This document shows, piece after piece, positions 43,901-56,085 of a stretch of DNA of 64,000 nt (position 1 is the stretch's first letter; every line of letters starts with the position of its first letter). Source of the stretch: Paragordius varius (taxonomy: Eukaryota; Animalia; Nematomorpha); the NCBI GenBank assembly GCA_964247055.1, contig OZ176052.1:1302001-1366000 (forward strand), written 5' to 3'. The notes under the pieces are model-generated. The model was not told the DNA's origin and searched no databases. It saw only the letters and a list, made by a program, of their open reading frames with translations. Both the position numbers and the translations under genes were made by a program.

Positions 43901-46900
43901 ATATTTTAATATATTGATTAGGAATATCGAATAATATTCAAACCGTCCAGTCAACACCTATAATTTTATATTTGTTGAGGAATCATAAAATTAATAATTA
44001 AGATCGATCAATATATTCCAATGACTTTTCTAAAACTTCAAAATTATATTATTTTACGCATCATATTGGAATCGAACAATATTATAACTGACCAGTCAAC
44101 ACCTTTAATATTAATAAATGTCAAGAATTTCAAAAATCATAATATGCTTTTTGTTAGGAATTTCGATATTCCAATTTCAACCAGTCAACACCTATAATAA
44201 CTTAGGTAAAATTTCAAAAAATATATTATATAATATTTTAATTAGGAATATCGAACATTATTCCAATTATCAACCAGTCAACACCAAAGACCTCTAACCT
44301 AAACTTTCAAATAATATAATATATACTTTATTTAAGAATATCAAACAATATAATCATCAACCAGTCAACACCTATTATAACTTAGTTCAAAATTTCAAAA
44401 ATAATACTATAATATAACTTTATTTAGGAATCAACAATCCAATCAACAACCAGTTAAGACACATATAAACATACTTGTCCAATCTAAAAATTATATTATT
44501 ATTTACTTTTAATTAGGGAATATGGAACATTAATCCAATCATCCACCAGTTAACACCTGAATTATTAAGTTGCTTGTCTAAGAATCTACAAATTAGATTA
44601 TTATATACCTTTAATCTAGAATATCGAGCAATAATCCAATAATCTACCATTTACGTCCTAAAATAACTTACTTGTCAAAAATCTCAAAAATTATACTATA
44701 ATATCAGTCAACACCTAAAATTTAAACCTATTTGTCCAAAAAAATTTATATTTTAATATATTAATTAGGCATATCGAATAATATTCCAATCGTCCAGTCA
44801 ACACCGATAATTTTATGTTTGTTGAGGAATCATAAAATTAATAATTAAATCGATCAATATATTCCAATCACTTTTCTAAAACTTCAAAATTAAATTATTA
44901 TACAGGATCGAACAATATTTCAACCGACCAGTCAACACCTTTAATATTAAGAATTGTCAAAAATTTCAAAAATTATAATATGTTTTTTGTTAATAATTTT
45001 GATATTCCAATCTCAACCAGTCAACACCTATAACTTAGGTAAAATTTCAAAATTATATTATATAATATTTTAATTAGGAATATCGAACATTATTCCAATT
45101 ATCAACCAGTCAACACCAAAGACCTCTAACATTTCTAAACTTTCAAATAATATATTATATTATACTTTATTTAAGAATATCGAACAATATTTCAATCAAC
45201 AACCAGTCAACACCAATAATAACTTAGTTCAAAATTTCAAAAATAATACTATAATATAACTTTATTTAGGAATCAACAATCCAATCAACAACCAGTTGAC
45301 ATATATTAACATACTTGTCCAATCTAAAAATTATATTATTATTTACTTTTAATTAGGGAATATGAAACATTAATCCAATCATCCACCAGTTAACACCTAA
45401 ATTATTAAGTTGCTTGTCTAAGAATCTACAAATTAGATTATTATATACCTTTAATCTAGAATATCGAGCAATAATCCAATAATCCACCATTTACGTCCTA
45501 AAATAACTTACTTGTCAAAAATCTCAAAAATTATACTATGATATCAGTCAACACCTAAAATTTAACCTACTAAAACATTTATATTATAATATCTTAATTA
45601 GGAATATCGAATAATATTCCAACAGTCCAGTCAACACCTATAATTTTATGTTTGTTTGAGTAATCATAAAATTAATAATTAAGATCGATCAATGTATTCC
45701 AATCACTTTTCTAAAACTTGAAAATTATATTATTATACGCATTTATTAGAATGGAACAATATTTTAACTGACCAGTCAACACCTTTAATATTAATAAATG
45801 TCAAAAATTTCAAAAATCATAATATGCTTTTTGTTAGAATTTCGATATTCCAATCTCAACCAGTGAACACTTATAATAACTTAGGTAAAATTTTAAAAAA
45901 TATATTATACAATACTTTTAATTAGGAATATCGAACATTATTCCAATTATCAACCAGTCAACACCAAAGACCTCTAACATTTCAAAACTTTCAAATAATA
46001 TAATATATTTTACTTTATTTAAGAATATTAACAATATAATCATCAACCAGTCAACACCCATTATAACTTAGTTCAAATTTTCAAAAATAATACTATAAAA
46101 TAACTTTATTTAGGAATCAACAATCCAATCAACAACCAGTTAAGACATATATTACATACTTGTCCAATCTAAAATTATATTATTATTTACTTTTAATTAG
46201 GGAATATGGAACATTCATCCAATCATCCACCAGTTAAGACCTGAATTAATAAGTTACCCATCTAAGAATCTACAAATTAGATTATCATATACCTTTAATC
46301 TAGAATATCGAACAATAATCCAACAATCCACCATTTACGTCCTAAAATAACTTACTTGTCAAAAATCTCAAAAATTATACTATAATATCAGTCAACACCT
46401 AAAATTTAAACTTATTTGACTAAACAATTTATATAATATATTAATTACGGATATCAAATAATATTCCAACCGACCAGTCAACACCTATAATATTAACCTG
46501 TTTGTCGAAGAATTATAAATAAGAATTAAGTTGGATTAATATAAGAATCACTTGTCTAAAACTTTAAACATATTATATAATACTCTTAATTAAAAATATC
46601 GAACTATATTCCATTAACCAGTCAACACCTATTATATACTTACTAAAAATTTCAAAAATTATATAATTATATGCTTTTTTTAGTATTGAACAATATTTCA
46701 ACCGACCAGTCAACACCTTAATATTTGTAATTGTCAAAAATTTCAAAAATTATATTATGCTATGCTTTTTGTTAGGAATATCGCAATTCCAATCTCAACC
46801 AGTCAACACCTATAATAATTAAGGTTAAATTATAAAAATTATATTATATAATACTTTAAATTAGGAAATAGAACATTATTCCAATTATCAACCAGTCAAC

Positions 46901-49900
46901 ACCAATGATCTCTTAAATTTCTAAACTTTCAAAAAATATAATATATTATACTTTATTTAAGAATATCGAACAATATAATCATCAACCAGTCAACACCTAT
47001 AATAACTTAGTTCAAATTTTCAAAAATAATACTATAATATAACTTTTAGGAATCAACAATCCAATCAACAACCAGTTAAGACATATATTAACATACTTGT
47101 CCAATCTAAAAATTATATTATTATTTACTTTTAATTAGGGAATATGAAACATTAATCCAATCATCCACCAGTTAACACCTAAATTATTAAGTTGCTTGTC
47201 TAAGAATCTACAAATTAGATTATCATATACCTTTAATCTAGAATATCGAGCAATAATCCAATAATCCACCATCTAAGTCCTAAAATAACTTACTTGTCAA
47301 AAATCTCAAAAATTATATTATAATATCAGTCAACACCTAAAATTTTAACCTTTTTGTTAAAATTAATTTATATTTTAATATATTGATTAGGAATATCGAA
47401 TAATATTCAAACCGTCCAGTCAACACCTATAATTTTATATTTGTTGAGGAATCATAAAATTAATAATTAAGATCGATCAATATATTCCAATGACTTTTCT
47501 AAAACTTCAAAATTACATTATTTTACGCATCATATTGGAATCGAACAATATTATAACTGACCAGTCAACACCTTTAATATTAATATATGTCAAGAATTTC
47601 AAAAATCATAATATGCTTTTTGTTAGGAATTTCGATATTCCAATTTCAACCAGTCAACACCTATAATAACTTAGGTAAAATTTCAAAAAATATATTATAT
47701 AATATTTTAATTAGGAATATCGAACATTATTCCAATTATCAACCAGTCAACACCAAAGACCTCTAACCTAAACTTTCAAATAATATAATATATACTTTAT
47801 TTAAGAATATCGAACAATATAATCATCAACCAGTCAACACCTATAATAACTTAGTTCAAAATTTCAAAAATAATACTATAATATAACTTTATTTAGGAAT
47901 CAACAATCCAATCAACAACCAGTTAAGATACATATAAACATACTTGTCCAATCTAAAAATTATATTATTATTTACTTTTAATTATGGAATATGGAACATT
48001 AATCCAATCATCCACCAGTTAACACCTAAATTATTAAGTTGCTTGTCTAAGAATCTACAAATTAGATTATTATATACCTTTAATCTAGAATATCGAGCAA
48101 TAATCCAATAATCCACCATTTACGTCCTAAAATAACTTACTTGTCAAAAATCTCAAAAATTATACTATAATATCAGTCAACACCTAAAATTTAAACCTAT
48201 TTGTCCAAAAAAATTTATATTTTAATATATTAATTAGGCATATCGAATAATATTCCAATCGTCCAGTCAACACCGATAATTTTAAGTTTGTTGAGGAATC
48301 ATAAAATTATTAATTAAATCGATCAATATATTCCAATCACTTTTCTAAAACTTCAAAATTAAATTATTATACAGGATCGAACAATATTTCAACCGACCAG
48401 TCAACACCTTTAATATTAAGAATTGTCAAAAATTTCAAAAATTATAATATGTTTTTTGTTAATAATTTTGATATTCCAATCTCAACCAGTCAACACCTAT
48501 AACTTAGGTAAAATTTCAAAAATTATATTATATAATATTTTAATTAGGAATATCGAACATTATTCCAATTATCAACCAGTCAACACCAAAGACCTCTAAC
48601 ATTTCTAAACTTTCAAATAATATATTATATTATACTTTATTTAAGAATATCGAACAATATTTCAATCAACAACCAGTCAACACCAATAATAACTTAGTTC
48701 AAAATTTCAAAAATAATACTATAATATAACTTTATTTAGGAATCAACAATCCAATCAACAACCAGTTGACATATATTAACATACTTGTCCAATCTAAAAA
48801 TTATATTATTATTTGCTTTTAATTAGGGAATATGGAACATTAATCCAATTATCCACCAGTTAACACCTAAATTATTAAGTTGCTTGTCCAAGAATCTACA
48901 AATTAGATTATCATATAACTTTAATTTAGAATATCGAGCAATATAATCCACCATTTACGTCCTAAATAACTTACTTGTCAAAAATCTCAAAAATTATACT
49001 ATAATATCAGTCAACACCTAAAAACTATTTGTCTAAAAAAAATTATATTTTAATATATTAATTAGGAATATCGAATATAATTCCAACCGTCCAGTCAACA
49101 CCTATAATTTTATTTTTGTTGAGCATAAAATTAATTATTAAGATCGATCAATATATTCCAATCAACTTTAAAATTATATATGCTTTTTATTAGGATCGAA
49201 CAATATTCCAACCGACCCGTCAACACCTTTAAAATGTATAATTGTCAAAAATTTCAAAAATTATATATTAATATGCCTTTTGTTAGGAATATAGATATTC
49301 CAATCTCTACCAGTCAACACCTATAATAACTAACGTTAAATTTCAAAAATTATATTACATAATACTTTTAATTAGGAATATCAAACATTATTCCAATTAT
49401 CAACCAGTCAACATCAAAGACCTCTAACATTTCTAAACTTTCAAATAATATATACAATACTTTATTTGAGAATATCAAACAATATTTCAATCATCAACCA
49501 GTCAACACCTTTAATAACTTAGTTCAAATTTTCAAAAATAATACTATAATATAACTTTATATAGGAATCAACAATCCAATCAACAACCAGTTAAGACATA
49601 TATTAACATACTTGTCCAATCTAAAAATTATATTATTATTAACTTTTAATTAGGGAATATGGAACATTAATACAATCATTCACCAGTTCACCTAATAAGT
49701 TGCTTGTCTAAGAATCTGGAAATTAGATTTTCATATACCTTTAATCTAGGATATCGAGCAATAATCCAATAATCCACCATTTACGTCCTAAAATAACTTA
49801 CTTGTCAAAAATCTCAAAAATTATACTATAATATCAGTCAACACCTAAAATTAAAACCTATTTGTGTTAAATTTTTATTTTAATATATTAATTAGGAATA

Positions 49901-50770
49901 TCGAATAATATTCCAACCGTCCAGTCAACACCTATAATTTTATGTTTGTTGAGGAATCATAAAATTAATAATTAAGTTGGATTAATATAAGAATCACTTG
50001 TCTAAAACTTAAAATGGTTATTATAAAATACTCTTAATTAGGAATATCGAACAATCCATTAATCACTCAACACCTATTATAACTTACTTGTCAAAAATTT
50101 CAAAAATTATAATATTATATGCCTTTTTTTCCAACCGACCAGTCAACACCTTTAAAATATATAATTGTTAAAAATTACAAAAATTATGTTATATTATGCT
50201 TTTCGATATTCCAATCTCTACCAGTCAACACCTATAATAAATTATCAAAATTATAAAAAGTATACCATAATATAACTTTATTTAGGAATTAACAATAATC
50301 CAATCAACAACCAGTTAAACGTAATATATTAACGTACTAGTCCAATCTAAAAATTATATTATAATTTACTTTTAATTACGAATATGGAGTAATAATCCAA
50401 TCATCCACCAGGTAACACCTAAAATATTAGGTTGCTTGCCCAAAAATCTACAATATATTTTATTATACTTTTAATTAGCAGTTTTAAACCTTCTAATAAT
50501 CCGCCAAACACCAAAAATATTAACCTACTTGCCCAAGAATCTAAAAATTAGATTTTAACTTTTTAATTAAGATTAACGAATAATTATCCAATTATTTACC
50601 ATTTACATCTAAAATACCTTACTTGTCATAAATTTTAAAAATTATATTATAATATAATAATTAGGAATATCGAAAAATAATCCAATTGACCAGTAACACC
50701 TAAAATTATTTTTTCAGTGTAAAAATTTTATTATAATGTACATTTAATTTTTCAATATCGAACAATACAA
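34980..50770. repeat. Higher-order-repeat satellite array of the same family as the 99-bp satellite (~17 HOR units)
   Basis: The marker GTTGAGGAATCATAAAATTAATAATTAAG (or its variant) occurs at ~35,657, 36,900, 37,990, 38,830, 39,649, 40,498, 41,340, 42,190, 43,035, 43,974, 44,821, 45,654, 46,504, 47,443, 48,290, 49,118 and 49,948. Spacing is mostly 820-850 bp, with two 939-bp units and longer first units. Each unit has ~10 diverged monomers sharing TTAATTAGGAATATCGAACA...CCAATCA...ACACCT with the 99-mer. Same orientation as array 1. Confidence 0.97.
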
Positions 50771-50900
50771 TCATCGATAACATGTTTTCTTCCATACATT
50801 TTTATCTCCAGTCAATGGGTTAACCATCATAAAGTTAACATGTACCGTTAAATTAATAAGCTATATATTTTACTTTGTTATATATATCAGAATTAAAATA

Positions 50901-50970
50901 TTGAAAGACCAACTTAAAGTGTTCAACGACCAACTATAAATGTTCATGGACACTCTTGAAGCACAAATTG
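50901..50970 (+). mobile_element. Solo terminal fragment of the foldback/MITE family
   Basis: GACCAACTTAAAGTGTTCAACGACCAACT...CTTGAAGCACAAATTG|TATATA matches the right arm of 53,546-54,138 (GGACCAACTTGAAG...CTTGAAGTGCAAATGG|TATATA). Confidence 0.7.
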
Positions 50971-51606
50971 TATATATTGATTACGTGAAACTAAAGTCGT
51001 AAAAAAATAATTAATATAAATAAATAATGCAATTTATAGGCAAAATGTTTTGCTACCATTACACATTCTAACTCCATTTTAATATTGGGTAATCCACCAA
51101 TCATAATTATTCCTTATTGTTTTTCCATAATCGGCCTTTCATTACAAATGTTTCTTTGATTTATTTAAGTATATGGTGAGAATTTGCTATATCAATCCTT
51201 ATTATCATAAACTAGCACATACAGTACTAATAGGTCATATTCAAAAACCTTATAAGAATATATTTTCATATAAAACTCTTCTATAACTTACTGAGCGAAC
51301 TTTTTTACTAAAGTTATATTTCAAATCCAAGTTCCAATTACTGAATTTTATCTTTATTTTTTTTCTTAAATGTTATATTAATTTAGCATATAATATAAAG
51401 AGTCCTTTGAATTTAATATATTATTATCAAATGTCCGAAAATTCTATTTAACAATCGTGATGGTAAGCCCAAAATAACCTTTAACATTAATAAAATACTC
51501 TAAAAATACCCTAGGACACTTTTCAGCTAGTGTACATATATCAATCTATATAATTTAACATTAGAATTCTAATATGGTTGCATTCTTTAATACGCTTAAT
51601 ATTTAC

Positions 51607-52850
51607 CTCAAATATATGGGCATTCCATCCTTTTTCAATGGAGATTCACGAATTAAGAAATTCATAAATAGATTTAAGTAAGTTAATGTGATTTATAAAA
51701 CATAAAAATGATTGTTAATAGATATCGTATTCTAAATACAAATAAAAGTGATTGTTATAAATGTATTAATAAATGATTACTTATATATCTTAAATTATAA
51801 CTTAATTTTTAAAGATATTTGTATATAGGGACTTGTAATTCAGAACTCCTTTGCAAATTAAATAATTTAAGAAGTAAATTTACAGCTAATTTACAAATGT
51901 ATTTATATTTTTTGAATTATTACCCATCAAATCCTTAAGCAGGCCTAGCCTCCCAAAATTATTAATGATTAATTTATCTTAGTCTTTGATCATTGGAGCT
52001 TTTAAGATAGTTTTCTGTGCGTTAAAATCTTTTGCAATAGCCAAAATTGATAGCAAAAAATAGAAGCTAAAAATGAAATTCAGGATTTCTTTAAATTATT
52101 TTGAATGTTGGAGCCAGTATTTCAACAAAATTATTTGAATCGAATTTATTACATGTTAATTTAGCGTAATTGTAGAATATACGTCAGATTTAAATTAGAG
52201 CTTTTAAATAATTGATGTTTTTTCCAGTTTTATACAAATAAAATAAACTAAAATATATTTTTATAGAGTTCAAGATTTAGGTTTGTCATTTTTTTATTCT
52301 ATGTTAATCAATGATAGATGCATCTTTAAGCCATATAGGGCCAAAAACATGATCCGGTTTAAGCATTAAAAGCCCGGCCTTGCCATTAAATAAAATTTGA
52401 AACCGTTTCTGGCATTACCCACACTTTAATTTCATATACGAGAATTAATAAACCTGTTGTATCTAATCTAAAAATCCTTTTTATTTGTATTCGTTCAATA
52501 ATTTAATGATTTATAAGCAGTTTCGGAAAACTGACCTTTAACTCACATTGTCAAATTGAAAAATAGATAGATATTTCAAAATAGCCTTGAAGAGAAGGAT
52601 TAAAAGTTTTGTAATTTTTAAATGAGATAAAATAATTAATAACCAGATAAGGATTGGATCTCTGAGGTAGGTTTTCGTGAGTAAGGCGAAACTGGAATGC
52701 TTCCTTATCAAATTCTATAATTGCTGTTAAATTTTAGAACTGGTAGTTCTAAATGTAACCTTTATTCCAAACTAATATATATATAATGTTTAATAATGCT
52801 AATATATTATTAACCTTAACAATATTTTCGCAAACTTTTTGAATTCCATT
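51607..52850 (-). pseudogene. Decayed coding-like sequence (unidentified protein) in flank copy B
   Basis: Minus-strand peptides IRESPLKKDGMPI (51,615-51,653), LTAIIEFDKEAFQFRLTHENL, KVCENIVKVNNILALL and YLICKGVLNYKSL match copy A. Stops and frameshifts are present. Confidence 0.4.
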
Positions 52851-53545
52851 AAAAGCTGCGTGATTTTTTTCAATCTTTGGATAATTGATGGGACATTTTA
52901 ATACATGTTTTTAAGAAGAATGACACTCTAATTGTTAAATATAAACAAAATTAAAATGATTGGTACAGTTTACTTATGTGTTATATTTAATTAGTATTTT
53001 TAGAGCAAAAATATTGTATCTGTTATTTGGTTTTTATTTATTCATATTAATGGGTCATCCTTTTTTTATCCATCAATAGAGTTAGTTACCTTTTATTTTT
53101 TGTTAGAATATAAAAATATATTTTATAATGAAAAAATTTAGATATTTTTAATTATATAAAATTGTTTATCGAGTATTTTATCGGTTCATCGATCTTAGTG
53201 GTTACGAAAAATCAGCCAACTAAATGAATACATTTGAACCATTGTTAAAATACATTAATCATTTATGTGAAATCAGAGATATTTCCATCGCAAATGATTA
53301 AATATAATTTATAATCTATCATTAGTGTTCCATTTTCCTCCAATTTGAAATTTGACTATATTTTAAAAAGTTAGCGGTCTAATGATTCCACCATATCATA
53401 AATATTTTGAAAATTTAAATTAAATCGCTTTGAGATAGAATATTCTAAAAGTTACTGAAGTATAAAATGTGACTTTTATAGAAATGAACTGGGACTACTT
53501 TATGCTTTTACAGTGGTAATTTTTATAAATCCGTTTTGAGATATA

Positions 53546-54138
53546 CCATTTGCACTTTAAGAGTGTCCTTGAACACTTCAAGTTGGTCCTTAAACATTTC
53601 AAGTTGGTCCTTGAACAGTTTAAGTTGGTCCTTAAACATTTCAAGTCCTTGAACACTTCAAGTTGGTCCTTAAAATTTATTAATTTTGATTTAACCATAA
53701 TTTTTATTTTTTTATTATTTACTAATTTTCTTTAATTATTATATATTTATTCATTTAAAAATAAAATTTTTTATTGAAAAAACTTTTTTGAAAATATTTT
53801 TTTTAATTGAACAAAATTATTAACTTTTAAATGTTTTTAATGATAAATATCAATAAATAACCCAGAAAACTTATATATTTTTCATTTCATGTTAAAATCT
53901 TATAAACATCTAAAATTATTTTAAGAAATTAATAAAGATATACGGTTTCTCAAAGATTTAAAGTTGATATCAAATTAAAATTTATGTTAAATAATAGAAA
54001 ATAGGTTAAAAACAATAAAGTAGATGAATTATTTACGATTTGATTGATAAAAGTTAAAAACAAAACAAAAAAGTCAAAGGACCAAAATGTTCAAGGACCA
54101 ACTTGAAGTTTTAAAGGACCTTCTTGAAGTGCAAATGG
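53546..54138 (+). mobile_element. 593-bp foldback-like MITE with 21-bp tandem repeats inside its terminal inverted arms
   Basis: TATA|CCATTTGCACTT ... AAGTGCAAATGG|TATA. The left arm has ~5 units of CTT(G/A)AACA(C/T)TTCAAGTTGGTC (53,567-53,672). The right arm has ~3 inverted units (54,075-54,128). No transposase ORF. Confidence 0.8.
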
Positions 54139-55984
54139 TATATATATATATAAAACAGGAGGGACTCAATGACTTGGTTTATATTGCGGAATTTTTTAAA
54201 CTCAACTGTCAAAATAACAGAGCATTAATGATACTCGTTTATTTTAGTCAATAAATACTCCTAGTTATTAATTTAAGTTCATTTAAAGTTTGGCGTTATT
54301 TCCCTTAAATTACCAGTTTGTGATTTATGGAGCTCGTAAAATTGGTAAAAAACAGATCTACAAATATAATATAATCGTGTTTTCATATATTTTTAAAAAT
54401 ATTTTGGCACATAGTTTCAGTTGACGTTCCCAAAGATTTTTTCATATATGGTCTTAAACCTTTTAAGTTGGTTGTTTTGGAATATAAAAATATTTATATT
54501 CGCATGCAACAAAAGGACCACGAAGTGTGGCGTACTTATATGGCATTATATTCATATAATTTTTTAAATGTGGTTATTTAGAGTATAAATATGTGTCAAA
54601 TGGCTATGCAACATTTTTCGGCAACGGTGTGCGGCACTTTGAAACAAAAATATTATATTTGATCCTCCCTAAAACTTTTGGGTGAATGCCATTGATATAG
54701 AATAAAGTATCATTGTACTATAAAATCATTCTTCTATCTATATATACCAGTAAACTGGCCTTAAATATAGATACCTGGTTTATTAACCGCATTATGATTA
54801 TGAAAATTAAAAAGAAAACATTTTTTTCTAGAAGTTCAATTTATCAAAAAATTTTATATAACTAAAAATAAAAACAATTTACATTGGGCTATGACAGCCA
54901 GAGATAGTTGATTTTCGCAAAATTTGAGTTTTTTAACTGTAAAATTATAATTTTGGTTTCCTCACCCGAATATCGTTTTGATATTTAGAAAATATGCGGG
55001 AATCCAATGATTGTATTCCATTTTTATATATTTTTCATCTTTCAAGTTGATTTAGAAATAAATCAATATTTTAACTAATGGTTCTAGTATTATTCTTTAG
55101 GCAATAAAATTTCAAAAAAAAGATATCCCAGTTAAAACTATAAAAGTTATCCATTTTTTAACTTATATACAAGCATTTAAACCAGTGATAAAAACTAAAA
55201 AGGGCATAAAATATTTTTTTTGTAAAACCGCAATCCCATTTCTAAAAATGGTTCCGATTCGGTCTCCAAAAAAAGAATAAAAATAATTCCGTTTTCAATC
55301 CCTGATATAAATACTCGCCAATTTTAACGATCTAATAGAAAAAACAGGAAAATATATTTAGTGGCTTTGAGATGATTTTTTAATAAAATCCCCTAAAATG
55401 CCATAGAGTTAATATTATTTGGATCAATAAAGTTTGCATTTTAATAGTATTAATTTAAAATCACGCCGAGTAAAAACCTCATAAGAACTGTTAGAATAGA
55501 AATTTCCAAAAAAAACTATGACATCCATAACAACTGTGTATACTACAACTAGTCAATGTCGCATTAAATGAAGGAAAGGTGCAGTATTATCATGATATTA
55601 AAAATAATGATTATATTGCTCATATGTTTATTAGGCCTAATCATCAATAAATTATAGGTAAACTTTTATAGCTAGTATGTAGTGTTTGAAATTAGTAAAA
55701 ACAGATCCTAAAACAGGGTCTCTCATAACGCTAAACACAATTTGATACAAAGTGAAGTTATCAACCAAACTGTCCACTAAATTTCTATGGTTCAGGTCAA
55801 AAGCCTTAAGTAACAATAATATAAATTAAGAATCGGATAAAAGTACTGGATAATTAGATAAAATAATATGAGAGATCTAAGCAAAAAAGAGTTGCAAACA
55901 GGAACGAACTTTGCATTATACAAGTTTATAAGTGTTTTTTAACTAGAAAACAATTTATTACACCCAAAATTGAATTAATTCATA

Positions 55985-55990
55985 TTTATT
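55985..55990 (-). terminator. Candidate polyadenylation signal (AATAAA on minus strand)
   Basis: TTTATT on the plus strand ~95 nt past the stop codon. Weak evidence in such AT-rich DNA. Confidence 0.3.
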
Positions 55991-56085
55991 TAATATAATA
56001 ATTCCCAATAGCCATATTTTTACGATCAAATAATCTCTTAAGCAAACTAACATGGTTTTTGGATTTCTCGTTATTTCTATTATTA

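Larger units (their letters stand above)
50810..52970. repeat. Array-flanking segment, copy B (homologous to 26,580-28,405)
   Basis: Same collinear blocks as copy A. Longer, partly because of the MITE-end insertion at 50,901-50,970. Confidence 0.9.

Noticed and set aside
53495-53735. Overlapping ORFs with 7-aa periodicity on both strands
   Set aside because: An artefact of the 21-bp tandem repeat in the MITE arm.
54880-55330. GC-richer patches resembling transposon subterminal sequence or tRNA
   Set aside because: No cloverleaf, A/B boxes, terminal inverted repeats or second copy could be identified in the window.
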